This document shows positions 13,871 to 29,066 of a stretch of 64,000 nucleotides of DNA, piece after piece (the stretch's first letter is position 1; every line of letters starts with the position of its first letter). The notes beneath the pieces were generated by a model. That model was not told where the DNA came from. It searched no databases and saw only the letters and a list, made by a program, of their open reading frames with translations. The position numbers and the translations under genes were made by a program. The DNA comes from Octopus sinensis (taxonomy: Eukaryota), in the NCBI RefSeq assembly GCF_006345805.1, contig NC_042997.1, positions 63,736,001 to 63,800,000 on the forward strand, written 5' to 3'.

Positions 13871-14178
13871 TGTGTGTGTGTTTGTGTATGTTCAGGGCGT
13901 TGCACTCACGTTCGCTACATTGTGAGTTCGATTTCCGGACCGAGCCGGGCGTTGTGTTATTGAGCAAAATATTTCATTTCCCTTTGCTCCTGCTTACTAT
14001 GCTGTATATGCGTTACCCTACGTTGGACTAATCTTCTGGTTAGGGAGATTGTTGGCCTACTCGTCTAGCAAGCGGGCTGGTATCATTCGAAAGCTAAAAC
14101 GATGCAAAGCGCAATGTAACCAGAAATTTAAAATAACATCCTATAGTCTGTTCGATCATGTGATATGTAAGTATAGGA

Positions 14179-14735
14179 AGGCAGCAAGCTGGCAGAAACG
14201 TTAGCACGCCGGGCGAAATGCGTAGCCTTATTTCGTCTGCCGTTACGTTCTGAGTTCAAATTCCGCCGAGGTCGACTTTGCTTTTTATCCTTTCGGGGTC
14301 GATTAAATAAGTACCAGTTACGCACTGGAATCGATTAAATCGACTTAATCCGTTTGTCTGTCCTTATTTGTCCTGTCTGTGTTTAGCCCCTTGTGGGTAA
14401 TAAAGAAATAGGTATTTCGTCTGCCGCTACCTTCTGAGTTCAAATTCCGCCGAGGTCGACTTTGCCTTTCATCCTTTCGGGGTCGATTAAATAAGTGCCA
14501 GTTACACATTGGGGTCGATATAATCGACTTAATCCCTTTGTCTGTCCTTGTTTGTCCTCTCTGTGTCTAGCCCATTGTGGGTAGCAAAGAAATAGGTATA
14601 TCGTCTGCCGCTACGTTCTGAGTTCGAATTCCGCCGAGGTCGACTTTGCCTTTCATAAATTAAGTACTGAAGTTGATCTAATCGAGTGGATCCTTCTCCA
14701 GAAATTTCGAGCCTTGTGCCTAGATTAGAAAATGA
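14179..14735 (+). mobile_element. SINE with 184-bp internal tandem triplication
   Basis: One head at 14179; TAT(T/A)TCGTCTGCCG restarts at 14229, 14413 and 14597; one tail near 14710-14735. Confidence 0.9.
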
Positions 14736-14742
14736 TATATAA

Positions 14743-14778
<36 letters not shown>

Positions 14779-16267
14779 ATATATTATATTGTATTATATT
14801 ATATCATACTATATTATATATATATTTCTATGTGTGCGTGTATTTGTGCTGTCATAACCCTCCCCGTACAGCGCTTAACAATAAGTGTTGAGTTGTTCTA
14901 ACTTAGCGGTTCAGCATAAAGACCGGTAAAATAAAAACCAGACTTACAAAAAGAAAACAGATGTACTGTAGTCAAATGATTCGACTTCAGGGCGGTGCCC
15001 CAGCATGACCTTAGACCAACGACTGAAGCAAGTAAAAGCTATGAGATATATTTCTAACAGTTTCTAACAGTATTCATACATGCAAAAATATCTATGAATG
15101 TATATCAATATACGGGTATACAGTTACATAAATTCACGTATATGCCTGTGCTTGAATGAGTATATAGTTTCATGTCTCTGTAAATATTTAAATGACATCC
15201 TTTTCTTTCATATTATAACTTGTACGTATATAAATAAAATTTTTAAAAAGCGCGAATATATATAACAGATAAATAGATATAAAATCAAAGCCTAACCGAA
15301 CGTAATGGTTAGATTTATACCTTAGATTTCTATTGTAATTAGAAATTAGTGAACTTAATTTTTTTTCATCCGTTTGATAATTACATATAAATTTATAAAG
15401 AAATTTTTATTTTTGGTATGTAGTAAATAGAGGGAACAGAACATCAATAATATTTTTTAAAATTTACATATTTGCTTGCAGTTTGCTTTGCGTGGGAAGA
15501 AAAGAAAGGGAGTGGTATTGGTAGTGGTAGCAATGTTGGAGTAATTTGTTCTGTGGAGGAAAGAGACTAAATGAAATTTATAGAATAAAGAATGAAATGA
15601 AGAAATAAAAGTGAGTTCACAAATTTGTTCGAAAATTTAAAATTTGTTTTAAAAAGGGAGTGTTATAAATTTCAGATAGATGGGGTGTATGTGGAACTGT
15701 GTGTTAAATGAATAAAAGAAAACGAAGAAAGAAAATAATGAGAGAGAGAGAGAGAAGAGAGAAATTTAAACAAGGCATTAAGCAAAATGAAAACAAAAAA
15801 AAAAAAAACGAGAAGTTACGGAAGGAAAGATTTACCAAAAAAAAAAAAAAGCAGTAATAGAAAGATTTTAAAGAAAAAATTTTAAAGAAAACAATAGATA
15901 AATATCGCAAGCAAACGTAAAAAGTTATACTTGGAATATTGAAAGGAGAGACGGGTAGAACGAAAGACAAGAACAGATAAATTTAAAGGAGGAAGTTTTG
16001 CAGAATATCAGCATCGAAGTACAGAAATGTATATATCTACGACTTAGATATTCTCCTTTTTAACTTCTCTCTATTCGTCTCTGCCGTCTTGCGTGCGTAC
16101 ATGTGATGTGTATGTGTGGCTGCATATGTCTGTATGTGCATGTATGTGTGCATGTGTGTGCGTGTATACATATAGTCAACAGGTGAGATATAGAGATCCT
16201 CAATATAGAAAACACAATATACAAATCGTAGTGCTGTGTACGTGTGTATACACCACCCCATATATGT

Positions 16268-16303
<36 letters not shown>

Positions 16304-16629
16304 TCAACAGGTGAGATTAAAATAAAGATGCTGAATAGAGTAAACGTGTATATATACATGCATGTATTTGGGTTTATGTATGCATATATACATTTTTATG
16401 TATCCACACACACACACACATACATATATATGTATGTACGTATACATAGGCACACATAAATACATACTTATGCTGTGTACGTCTACTCACACAAACATAC
16501 ATATGTATCTAAATATGCATATACATGTATACATACACGCGTGTAAACGCACACACAAACATATACAACACCCGAAAAGTGATGAATTTAAAGATCACTA
16601 GAGAGAAAGAGTAAGAGAGAGAGAGAAAG

Positions 16630-16660
<31 letters not shown>

Positions 16661-16697
16661 AAAAAAGATAGATAGATAGATAGATAGATAGACAGAT

Positions 16698-16753
<56 letters not shown>

Positions 16754-17218
16754 TATCGCAGACACACAGGTAGCAAATAGTTAACTCAGGTGGTGTAGTT
16801 GATTCATTTAGCCCTAGGAAAGACTACATGCAATACGCATATGATTAAGCGTATTCTGAAAGTGACCATCCCATGTTTTGTGGGTGGTTTTGGGACTCGA
16901 CTATCCAACACACCCTTGCTTGTTTTATGAAAGTGGGGTGTAATTAAGGAGAGATTTGGCTGGGGTCTTTAGCAGGTTGAGTAAATACATACAGACGAGT
17001 TTGAATAAAATAATACCTTAGTTCTTGTCGGCAGTAGCGGGAGTAGTTGGAGGTTATCCCACAGTGGTGGGTGCAAGAGTTGCTTTAGATAGGGGTAATG
17101 ATGTTTATTTTTATGCAAAGAAGGTAAAAAGGATTACAAGCTAAATATATTTCCGCCTTTCTGCAAATTCTCCCTCTCTTTTCCTCTCCCTCTCTCGCGT
17201 ACATTACCTTTCCCTTTC

Positions 17219-17273
<55 letters not shown>

Positions 17274-17506
17274 CCGGTTACTCATTTCGGTGTATTTCTG
17301 TGTGTGTGTTTGTGTTTGTTTCTCTATGTATATACAGAAACACAGAAAGCGAGATATGCATACACGCACAAAATCACACACACACACACACACACATATA
17401 CAGACGCACGCATACACATGTAAGTTTGTTGCTTTTATTTCTATGCATACGTATTGAGTCACATGTTGCCCTGTCTCTTTATGTCACTCTGCCATTATTA
17501 TACATA

Positions 17507-17614
<108 letters not shown>

Positions 17615-17646
17615 TACACAGACACACACACATATATACATACATT

Positions 17647-17705
<59 letters not shown>

Positions 17706-18113
17706 GGAGAGGGAGAGATAGATAGATAGATAGATTATATTCTTTCTCTCTCCCTCCCTCTTTCTCTCTTCCGCTACTTCTATCTCTTTTTCTACCTGTT
17801 TCTACCTCGCTCCTTTTATCCACCCATTCCCATAATTTCTGTTATTGTCTGCAGCTATACTCAACTGTGAAACCTTGCTCCGTCAATGAACATCCGTTGC
17901 CAGTTTCTCATAACCAAAGCGTGTGTGTGTGAGATAGTGTCGTCTGACTGTATATATATGAGTATCTATGTGTGTGTGCGTGTATGTGTGTTAAAGTGAG
18001 AGTTTGAGTGTACCTGCGTGAATATATGTATCTATCTCTATCTCGTCACTCGTACGTGCATGTATATATATATATATACACACACAGACACACACATACA
18101 TACATACATTTAC

Positions 18114-18171
<58 letters not shown>

Positions 18172-18209
18172 CACACAGACACACACATATATACATACAT
18201 TTACATATA

Positions 18210-18260
<51 letters not shown>

Positions 18261-18355
18261 TTTTCTTTCTCTCTTTTCCCCCTCTCTCGTCACCCGTACG
18301 TGCGGATATATATATACATATATAAAATGTGTGTGTATATAGAAACACACACGTG

Positions 18356-18386
<31 letters not shown>

Positions 18387-18939
18387 ATAGAGTTAAACTC
18401 ACATCTGCGCGTGTATAGTTGTACATCAACCACTCCTCCTCCTGCTACTACTACTGCTGCTGCTAAGAAGAAGAATATTACTATTTCTACTATTACTGCT
18501 TTTATTCCTATTTGATTTTCTTTCTTTTTTTTTTTTTTGCTAGATGACAGGTAGTAAATAAATTGCATGTTAGTATAACGACGAGTTGGTAGCAAGGGAA
18601 GGCTTTCATGTATGACGCGACATTGCATTTAACCAATCGAGCCAAGAATTTCAGACTGTGTTGTTGGTGGCGGTAACAGTAGCAGAAGTTGCTGCAACAG
18701 AAACAACAGTTGCTGTATCAGTTGCAGAAGCGGTTGGAGTGAACATTATAGAAACATTGAGAGTGGCGGTATTAGTAGTAGAATATTGTAGATCTATTAC
18801 ATTAATATTATAGGGCTTAAATACCAGTCATAAAGTTAAGTCGACTTGACTGACATTCCACTTGATGCTCTCCATAACTCGTGACCTTCTTTCGGTGTGT
18901 GAAATCGAAATTATCGTAAGAAGCATCATTATGATGTAA

Positions 18940-19760
18940 ATGTTTGCTTTCCGAGTTCAATTCTCGACAACCACGAATTCTACTTTTATCATTTTGGTGG
19001 GTCGATAAATAATGTATCGGTCGTTAATTTGAAACGATTTAATAAAATAATCACATTTAAAATCTGTGGCCGTGTAAAATCATCAACATTATCATTATTA
19101 TAAGGCGGCTGTTTGAGGAGGCGAGCTGGGAGAATCGTTAGGACGTCCGTCGGTACTCATTGAGTTCAAATCTCGCAGACATTGACTTTGCCTTTCAAGG
19201 TCTATGAAGAAAGTAACAGTCATGTACTGGGTTCGATCTAATCGACTCATTCCTCACCCAATCTAACGTCTTGTACCTATAGTAGAAATGATTATCATAT
19301 AGCGGCTGTTTGAGGAGTCGAGCTGGCAGTATCGTTAGCACGCCGGACAAAATGCTTAGCGGCATTTCGTACGTATATACGTTCTGACTTCACATTCCTC
19401 CGGCATCGACCTTGCTATTTGTCATTTTGCGGTGGACAAAATAAATACCTGCTAAGTACCGAAGACGTGAAAGACTTCAGCTAGCCGCTCCTCTTAGAAA
19501 TGCTAGTCTTTTTATTTTTCCTTTTATTTAAGTCAGAAACAATTATTATATTCCAGTTATATTCCGTTGTAAGTTCAAATTCAAAATTCGCCCAGCACAC
19601 CCTTGATTTTATAATTTTGTATCGATAAAATAAACTAACAGTTAACTCATAGCGTCGATATGCTCAACCAATCCACTTCTCATATAATTGGTAGTATTAT
19701 TTCTGTATTAGAATAAAAAATAGTAGTGAATAAACAGAATCGTTGCAGTATTTAGTTGCG
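18940..19760 (+). mobile_element. Cluster of decayed co-oriented SINE copies
   Basis: Heads GCGGCTGTTTGAGGAG(G/T)CGAGCTGG at ~19105 and ~19302, plus further B-box and core remnants. Confidence 0.65.
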
Positions 19761-21236
19761 TCTCTAACATCCCAGATAAAATCTCGCCAAGACCAAACTC
19801 AAAGTTCATCCATTGGCAGACGACCAAATAATATACCGGTCAAATGCCTAAGTCGATGTTTATTCCGATACCAAATTACGCTTTTCGTTCCTTACATAGA
19901 AATAATATTTTTTAATATAGTCACAAGGCCAGAATTTTGTAGAAGGTTCAAATCAAATACATGGACTCCAATGCCTAAGTGGTACATGATTAAATCCCGA
20001 AACGATGGAAGGCAAAGTCAAGCTGGAGTAGGTTCATCATTGATTAGTATTGTGACGAGAATAACAGTTTTATTTTTCTGCCCGTTATCACGTCTTTCCA
20101 CATTCCTTGTTGCAGTCACGTGATGAGTTACAGCTCTAGTCATCTACACACCACCACGATTTCTGTCGTTTTTCTCACCTATCCGGACTTCCAGTCAATG
20201 TCCACATAACGCCTTGAAGAATCTTGCATTCTACTGTATCATATGTTCTGGTGCTTTAAATCCTACTATGCTCCAATTCAGTTTGTTGTCTTTCCTTATA
20301 CTCGGTCGGGAAGACCAATCGTATACTCACATATGATTTTCACTATTCAATAAAAAGGCGGTCACTTTTCTTCAATAAAATGAACAGGAAAGGAAGCAGA
20401 ATTTTATGGCGAGGGATTCATTTTTCTGTGAGCTGACCACATGTAGATGGAATAATGTGTGAAATATTTTTTTGCCTTTGTCACCGTTTTCTTTGTTTTC
20501 CGCTTTTATTACCATTTTCATTGCTATTCGCATTTATGCAATATCCTTTTTTGGTTGCTGGTTGTGAAACTGTCATTCCATTTTGTACTGTTATGCAAAC
20601 GTTTGTATTTATTTCTTTAACTATTTCTCATTATTGTCTAAATTTTTCAAATATTATTTCCTAACTTTGTTCGTGTATAAACACAAACATAAAATCAAGA
20701 AATAATATTGCGAAGATCTCTTCAAAATATTTGGAATCACAGAGGATAGCGATTTTACGCATGTAGCGTAATATTTAGGGAAAAAAAAACATTACAAACG
20801 ACTGGAACATTCTATTCTACCCTAGAGTAAAATTAAGTCACAAAGCCAGCGATATGAAGGGGAGAGTTTAATCGATTTTTTTACTCCAATACTTTACAGG
20901 TACGCAATTTTATGAAATTCGAAAGATGAAAAGTAGACCTCAGTCTGGTGAGTCAACTATGTACCTAAAGAGCGGGAAAAACATTTTCTCCGAAGACATA
21001 ACGATTCTGCCAAGCCACCAATCTTACAATAATTATTTTTTATAGGCACAGGAAAAAGGAAAAATAAAGTTGATGTCAATAGAATTTGTACTTCGAGCGT
21101 AATCGGTCAGAAGAAATATCACTAGGCATTTTATTTGATGATTTAACGATTCCACAATATCGTCGTCATAAGAACAATAATAAATATGGCTTCTAAGTAA
21201 GGAATACAGTTAACAATTTTGTAGTAATTAGAAGAA

Positions 21237-21559
21237 GTGAGGGCGCGTGGCTTAGTGGTTAGGGCATTCGGCTCATGATCGTAAGGTTGTGAGTTCGATT
21301 CCCGGCGACGCGTTGTGTCCTTGAGCAAGACACTTTATTTCACGTTGCTCCAGTCCACTCAGCTGGCAAAAATGAGTTGTACTTGTATTTCAAAGGGTCA
21401 GCCTTGTCACTCTCTGTGTCACGCTGATTATCCCCGAGAACTACGTTAAGGGTACACGTGTCTGTGGAATGCTCAGCCATTTTCACGTTAATTTCACGAG
21501 CAAGCTGTTCCGTTGATCATATCAGCTGGGACCCTCGTCGTCGTAACCGGCGGAGTCTT
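21237..21559 (+). mobile_element. Young full-length tRNA-derived CORE-like SINE with 12-bp target-site duplication (TSD)
   Basis: A-box TGGCTTAGTGG, B-box GAGTTCGATTCC, TGTCCTTGAGCAAGACACTT core. TSD TAATTAGAAGAA at 21225-21236 and 21560-21571. Confidence 0.9.
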
Positions 21560-22794
21560 TAATTAGAAGAAAAACAGAGCATTAGTCAATTGCAGCGACC
21601 CCTGTACTTGGCAGACACTTCCTTTTTTTTTACTCTGGAGGAATATAGAGAAAGGTGGCTTTCGGTTGGATTTGAACTCAAAATAAAAAGATTTTAATTA
21701 AATATCTCCAAGTATTTTGTGTCGTTTCCATCTATTACTATTATAAATTCTAACTTAAGAAACAAGTACATGAATTTGTCGGGAGTAAATGGGTTGCTTA
21801 TATGAACATCAGCATTTTGTTATCGACTTTAAAACTAGGAACGGCAATGTTGACCTTTATTACATCTTCAAAATCTTAGCCCAACTCCTTCATGTATCGG
21901 CTTTGACTACTATCCTCCAGGATTCCTTAAACCTTAAAATATGTTTCAGTGAAGTACTTATGCGAAACGACATCCCAAAGACAATTCCCAAGTATTTAGA
22001 TATGTCAATTTACATTTTGCTTTCAAATCATATCCAGATTTCTGTTTCCTTCTTCGGTAAAGTAAATGCCATTTACATACCGATGTTGATTTAGTTGACT
22101 ATCTCCCTTCAAAATGTGTGACTCTGTGACAGTGTTACAAATAATTAATAGTCAGTTGGCAATGAATGAAGGTCTGGTCGCAGAATCGTTAGAGTATCGG
22201 AAACATTTCCTTGCGTTATTTGTTCTAGTATCTCGGGCTTGGAGTTAAAATCCAACCGAAATCAATTTAATCTTTCATTCCTACGCACTCAATGAAATAA
22301 AGTACCTGTGACGGTGACATAGGCCAAAAACTAAAACTGCTGTCCTGTGTTAAAATTGATATAATTATTGGTGGATTCGCAATATTGTAAGTTCATTAAA
22401 CGAATTACTTTCCGAATTTTTACATATTTAGTTCGAACTCCACCGAAGGTTTCTTTGCTTTTCATTTTTTAGAGTTCATAACATAGCGCATACCAGTAAA
22501 GTACTGGGTATATATAATCGATTTTATCTATTTTCTCAAAATCGTCGGCTTTAAGCTTTTATCACAACCCATTTTCACTGAAAAAGACGGTGAACCGAGA
22601 AACATTTGGTAAAGCGGAAGTTACTGATAGGTCACTTTCAAACATTTAATAGGCTATGAGTATTATTTTTCGTCCCGGTGGTGTCCAGCATACAGTCACA
22701 GCTTATAGCCTAGCCTTTCTGAATTTCACACTTATATGCAGGTTGAAATACTGTAGATAGATTGCAGTAAAAATAAAGTGCAGAACCAAATACT

Positions 22795-23005
22795 TTGGCA
22801 GAATTGTTAGCACGCTGGACGAAATGCTCAGCGGTATTTCGCCCGTCGCTACGTTCTGAGGTCAAATTCCTCCGAGGTCGACCTTACCTTTCATCGCTTC
22901 GGGGTCGATAAATTGCATACCAGTTGTGTACTGGGGTCGATCTAATCGACTGACCCTTCCCCCAAAAATGTCAGGCCTTGTGCATATAATAGAAAGGAAT
23001 ATTAT
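22795..23005 (+). mobile_element. Meta-domain-like SINE copy
   Basis: TGGCAGAATTGTTAGCACGCTGG...GTCGACCTTACCTTTCATCGCTTCGGGGTCGATAAATT...GGCCTTGTGC. Confidence 0.8.
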
Positions 23006-25245
23006 ATTTGCTTTCTGTATTCAAATGCAACCTGAGTCAAATTTGATTTCCGGTCTTCCGATTGAATGAAGTGAATACTAATAGTAGTCTCCGAGCTGCT
23101 TACATTAAATGCATCAGATTACTATTGTCAGGCGCGACAAAATTATTCTGCTGAATCTTCCGTCGGAAAATCAGCGTTGATTCATTTCATCAAACACCCC
23201 AACACTCTGTATATGATAGTTAGAATTGTGTCAGAATTTAAGAGCTCTTATTTTATGTAAAATTCTTGCACTCTTATGCACTAGTTCAAAGCACCGAAGA
23301 AAATATATATTTGTTAAGTGGGTTGATTTTAGTTCTCGCTAATGACAGTCGCTATATTTTATAATTTGATTTGCTCTTAGTATTATCAGTCATATTTGAC
23401 TGAATATTAGAAATATATAATTAAAGCATAAAACTTAGCAGTAAAGTCAATGACAGCAACAATTATGTTAACGCCGAAATTGTACAGCGTCACTAAAAAT
23501 ATTCACTTGAGCAATAATTCTTCTTAAGAAGTATTCCATTTGAAAAGTACATTTCTGAGAAGTAAAATTCCATCACACCACCTAACACATATAACCATCA
23601 CCAGGATAAAACAGATATAGACCTGAAGCATTGATATAAATGATTAGTCTTGAAGATAATACAAATGTATCCAATATAATTTTACTGCAGTGCTAATAAA
23701 TATGACTACATTTCATATATCTATCCAGAAATAAATCAACAAACGCAAGTGAAGTGAACAAATTAAATATGTGTCAGGAAATGCACTTTTGTTATGTATT
23801 CTCAAGAGGAAGCATGAAGACCGCCGTTGAACAAAATGACACAAAACGGATATATGCTATCGCAGGTGATGTGACGAAGACGTGAGTAGCACAGTTGTGC
23901 TATTTCGAAAATCGAAATCATATATCACATTGAAATGCGCTAATCACATATAGAAAAACGCTGCACACATTTGTAAGATTCCAGTCTGTAAACCAATTTA
24001 AGGTTTCAAACTGATAAAGCTGGAATTTCTGAAAAATAGATTTAAATGTAGCTTAAACATTTATCTAATTGAAATATTAGTTCTTATATTTCCATCACAG
24101 ACCAAACAAAAGTAGAAAAATATGATTGATATACTGAATAAATCGTAAAGTAACGGAAAGCATTGTGAAGAATTATTCATTCAACATTTATTTTAATAAG
24201 AGTTAGCAGAACATTTTTCATCGACTTGTATATCTATCTACTTACGATGTCTGTATATACGGGATTTTAATGCTACTGGACACCATCCACAACCATATTC
24301 AAATAAAGAATATTAGCACATGCTAGAGACATTTGAAGACCTGTATTCACCACAACAGTAATAAGACTTTACGCACTATTGTTTACGAAACCTCAGTCCT
24401 CTCCCTGGTCCAAGTCACCATAATCTCTTGCATTAAATATAAAAAGATATTACTGCAGGAGGTAGAAAGCTAGGGCTGGGTACTAGAGATTAATTATGTT
24501 ATATTCACAATTCCATGCCTGTATATTAATACGCTAAGACCAAATATGTTAACTTCTCATGTGGTTAGTTGAGAGAAGGGGCGTAGAACGGGTAAAGAAG
24601 ACGGAGAGGGAACAGTTAACGATACCGAGAAGAGGAAAAGTAAGTTACTACGCTAAGACGGAATGTGTGACACTGTCACGTGGTTAGTTTAAGGGGGATC
24701 CTCTGTCATTGGGTTAGTTCGTGGGCTACCCTTGAGTGTTCACCATGGCGGCCATCGATCCTCTACTGTATATTAATAGTTACGCGTCCTAGATGTCAGA
24801 CCTGCCAGCTATTAGCTCGGTTACTCACGGGTCTTCAAAAGATAACACGAACAGAGAGAGTAAAAAAGAAATTCATAAGTCATGTGCAATAATGTCAATG
24901 TTGATTGAAGTTTTTTCTGATATGTGTTGGCCAGACACATTAGAGTCATGGTGAGCATATGAATATTGAATTGATGAATGAATCCCTTTGGATAAGTGAA
25001 AATATATCAAATAGCCGACACGCACCTGCGCACATACATACAAACAAATATATACACATAAACATTTACACATAGGTACGTACGTAATACATACATACAT
25101 TCATACATATACACAAACATACGCACACATACATATATACATACATACATACATACACACAAACACATAACGCATCCATATATATATATATATATACATA
25201 CACACACACATACGCACGCATACATATATATATATATATATATAT

Positions 25246-25324
<79 letters not shown>

Positions 25325-25582
25325 TTGACATAACACCCTATATTATCTTGCAACGTGTATTGATTGGTGCCTTTTGCGAAATATTAGGTATCCATTGAGT
25401 CATTTTCTGTGACATCACAGCTAAGAAATGAAGTGTTATATGTATGCGGATGTTTGTATCTATGCATATTTCTCTCTCCTCCTCCACTCTCTCTCTCTAC
25501 ATGCACATATATATTCATGTACGCATGTTTTAATGTGCGTATATCTGTCTTTCTCTCTATCTTTATACACACGTACAAACAC

Positions 25583-25649
<67 letters not shown>

Positions 25650-26339
25650 AAGATAGCCTGACACATATTTCGATTGAAATATAAGTAATTATATGTGTGT
25701 GTATGTGTGCATGTCCATGTATATGTGTATTTGTATATGTATGCAAACATAGAATACGATTTTCTTTAATATCCTATGATATATTATGATTCTGCTACAT
25801 ATATGACTAAGCGAACCCAGATTTAGAAGCATTTCACCTTTTCCGATAAATGTCCGTCTTCGGATGCTTGTGTACTTTGAAATACTTCGTACCATCGCAC
25901 ATAGATACGCGCATGCACAAAACACATACACTCACAATACACACGCACACACATACACACACACAAACATACATACACACACACACATACACACATATAG
26001 ATATGCATATGTGGTGCGAAAAAAAATTAACACATCACGAAATATTTAGCCGTATTGTTGTGCTTCTCCATTGTAAAAGTTTCTCTTTCCCGAAATAATT
26101 GCTTCAGTTTTAGCAGATGCCTTCAAATCACGTATAATATGTAGAATTGATATTTATAATTAGGAAATAAATGAGATTCAATGTTACAAGGCTGTTATTA
26201 ATTATCTTTCTCTACATGAGGAAGAGACAGAGAGCAATTTCGAATGTGACAATACTTGATCAACAAATTGCAGTTGTTGGCAAAGTAACGCTTCTGTAGG
26301 AACTCTTCTTCCCCTTCTTCATTGTAAGCAAATATTTGG

Positions 26340-27330
26340 TTCCAAGGAGGACGAACTCGCATTCATTTAGCTCCTGGTGACGTAGGTACGCAGGCTCCGT
26401 TCTTCACATCAATATATGGCTAAAAGTTCTCTACGCAGATGAAATCAAGAGCAATATACCCAGATAGATATATAATTGTAATGTGAGGACACCAGTACTA
26501 AACGAAACCTACGCAGTGAAAATCCATCATCTGCGACTACTGAGCAGTGGTTCACCAGCGGTTGTTTCAAGCGAGTAGACAAGTCAGAATGTATAAGTGG
26601 TCACAACAGGTTACAATGTATAACAGGTGGTGAAATTGTTTGGGCATAGGAAAAATCTATGCATTGTATGCACCTTGGCAGATGGTATCCATTTTCCAGG
26701 AGAGATATATGAATGTCTTCCCTGATCTGATGGAAGAGTTTGAAGTTTACGAAGACACGTTTTTGCTTTAGATATGGTAAAAATGTGGCCAAATATTTAT
26801 GATTCGAAAATGAAAGCTCATTTCATAGTATTGTGTCACATCTCTTCTCAAAGGCCTAAGAATTTGAAGAGCCACTGATCATCACAGAAATTTATAGGAT
26901 GTGGTCAACTGTTTTATTCTGGAAAGTGAGTGAAATTAGCCAGGAGTACATTGAAGAACGCATTAGCAGGAAGGCACCAAACAGGAATATGAAAATGATC
27001 TACATTTGCCATGACAGTGTACGATGAAGTGTATCACTGGCAATAAACCAGACAACCTGGGTTGCTTGGTGGTCCCCTATACTCTCTGCAGGACGTACCT
27101 GGCGTAACTGACTTTCACGTGCTCGCGCTAATGACGGTCATTCTTCAAGAACAACAATACGATGGCATAGATGACATGAACGTAGTTGTTACAGGAAAAT
27201 GTAATTTAAGAACAACTAACAAATAAATTGTGAGGGCTAATTATGAATTTATAGCATGGTAAAAGAGAAAGTGGAAAGTATTTTTCCGAATTAATAATAT
27301 AATCCGAAAACAGTAAACTTTTAGAAAATT
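26340..27330 (+). pseudogene. Decayed mariner transposase relic
   Basis: Remnants in mariner order: EDE (end of HTH1), CVTSLL, HDS (HDNA), and a degenerate PYSPDLAPxDFH at ~27075-27120 (GACGTACCTGGCGTAACTGACTTTCAC). Confidence 0.5.
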
Positions 27331-27598
27331 TCACCGTCTTCATTTTACATCTTTGCATACTTTTTACATCAAGCATTTATAAAACAGAAACATATGTTGA
27401 ACATATTCACTCCATTCCTGGCCCCGTTCATTATCAAATTATATTGGAATTCTCTTGAGCTATTGAGCTATGATGCTTCTTTTTCTTCTTACTATATCAT
27501 ATCATCTATAAAATAGAGTGTGCGTACATACATATTTATATAGATAAACACACATTCTGAGACAGGTGGACACACACACATACATACATATATGCATA

Positions 27599-27663
<65 letters not shown>

Positions 27664-28683
27664 TTGTGTGTGTGTGCGTGTGTGCGTGTGTGTGTATTAG
27701 GTTAGAAAGAAATACAGACAGATAAAGAGATGAGTACACCAAAACATTTTTAACAATTTTATTGGCATTAATGTCAATAAAATTATTGAAAATATCAGAC
27801 TCTATATTCTTATCGATTCATTCTGCTAATGTTCGTAGTTTTTATGCCTATAAAACATACCTTTTAACTATCGATAAATATGTGTATATGTATACAAATA
27901 CACACAGGCATTGATGGGCAAAAAATATACATAATATGTGTTTGTAAATTTGGTGCGTTAAAGTGTAGTATATATTGCAATTTAAATTGGTTATTTGTTC
28001 CAAACGTTGCAATACTTCCTCCATCACACTCTGTTAATAGGAGTTTTATGAGGAAATGATGTTGTAGTACGTTCCATAAAGTATTTCATGCAAGAAAACC
28101 ACCATATGCAGAAACATTCCATATTTTCACTCTGTAGTCTCAAAGAGCCAAATCACATATAAAAAAGAGGATATTAATATTGTACGAATAGAAAGAAGGT
28201 AAGAGGGTTGTTTCAATTTCTTTTTATGATAAACGTTAGGGAAACGTATTGAAGATGACAAGACGTGTAATTTACGTTTTTATTTATCTTAATGAAAATA
28301 CAAAAGAAATTGTAAACTGTTTAAATCAAAGCTTGTGGGGTAATAAGTCATATTGCAAATTTTCTTATTTTTACATTTGCAATTAATATGTCTTCAAAGA
28401 AAAAGAAATTTTATTTAGACACAGATATTAAAAATTACTACTTATCATGATATCTTTCAGTCACAATGAGAATTTGGTAGAGGCTTCTGGAAATTGATTA
28501 TACTAGTTTATAACTATTCCAATTATAGTTGAGGGACAGCTGAAAAGTTTAGTATTTTAGGAATGAAGAATGCAGCAGCAACTTCGAAAATATTTCAGCA
28601 GCAATGAAGGGGAAACTGTATCCAGAAATAGCATTAGTATGTAAAGATTAAATTTTGCTTCTAAAAGAAACATTTTGTGGAGT

Positions 28684-29066
28684 GGAAGCACTCCGTCGGT
28701 TACGACGATGAGGGTTCCGGTTGATCTGATCAACGGAACAGCCTGCTCGTGAAATTAACGTGTAAGTGGCTGAGCACTCCACAGACACGTGTACCCTTAA
28801 CGTAGTTCTCGGGGATATTCAGCGTGACACAGAGAGTGACAAGGCTGGCCCTTTGAAATACAGGTACAACAGAAGCAGGAAGTAAGAGTGAGAGAAAGTT
28901 GTGGTGTAAGAGTACAGCATGGACCACCACCATCCCTGCCGGAGCCTCGTGGAGCTCTAGGTGCTTTCGCTCAATAAACACTCACAACGCCCGGTCTGGG
29001 AATCGAAACCGCGATTCTACGACCGCGAGTCCGCTGCCCTAACCACTGGGCCATTGCGCCTCCACA
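28684..29066 (-). mobile_element. Young full-length tRNA-derived SINE sharing its 3' tail with 21237-21559
   Basis: Minus-strand head GTGGAGGCGCAATGGCCCAGTGGTTAGGGCAGCGG, B-box GGTTTCGATTCC. The 3' ~180 nt match 21375-21556. Imperfect TSD TTTT(G/A)TGGAGT on both sides. Confidence 0.88.

Noticed and set aside
21237-21310. tRNA-like sequences with A and B boxes (also ~28995-29066)
   Set aside because: They continue into SINE bodies with TSDs and lack a proper acceptor stem, so they are SINE heads rather than tRNA genes.
24820-24875. Minus-strand polypyrimidine tract, AAG, ACCC, GTGAGT (possible 4-nt micro-exon)
   Set aside because: Splice-like motifs alone are common by chance, and no flanking exons were identified.
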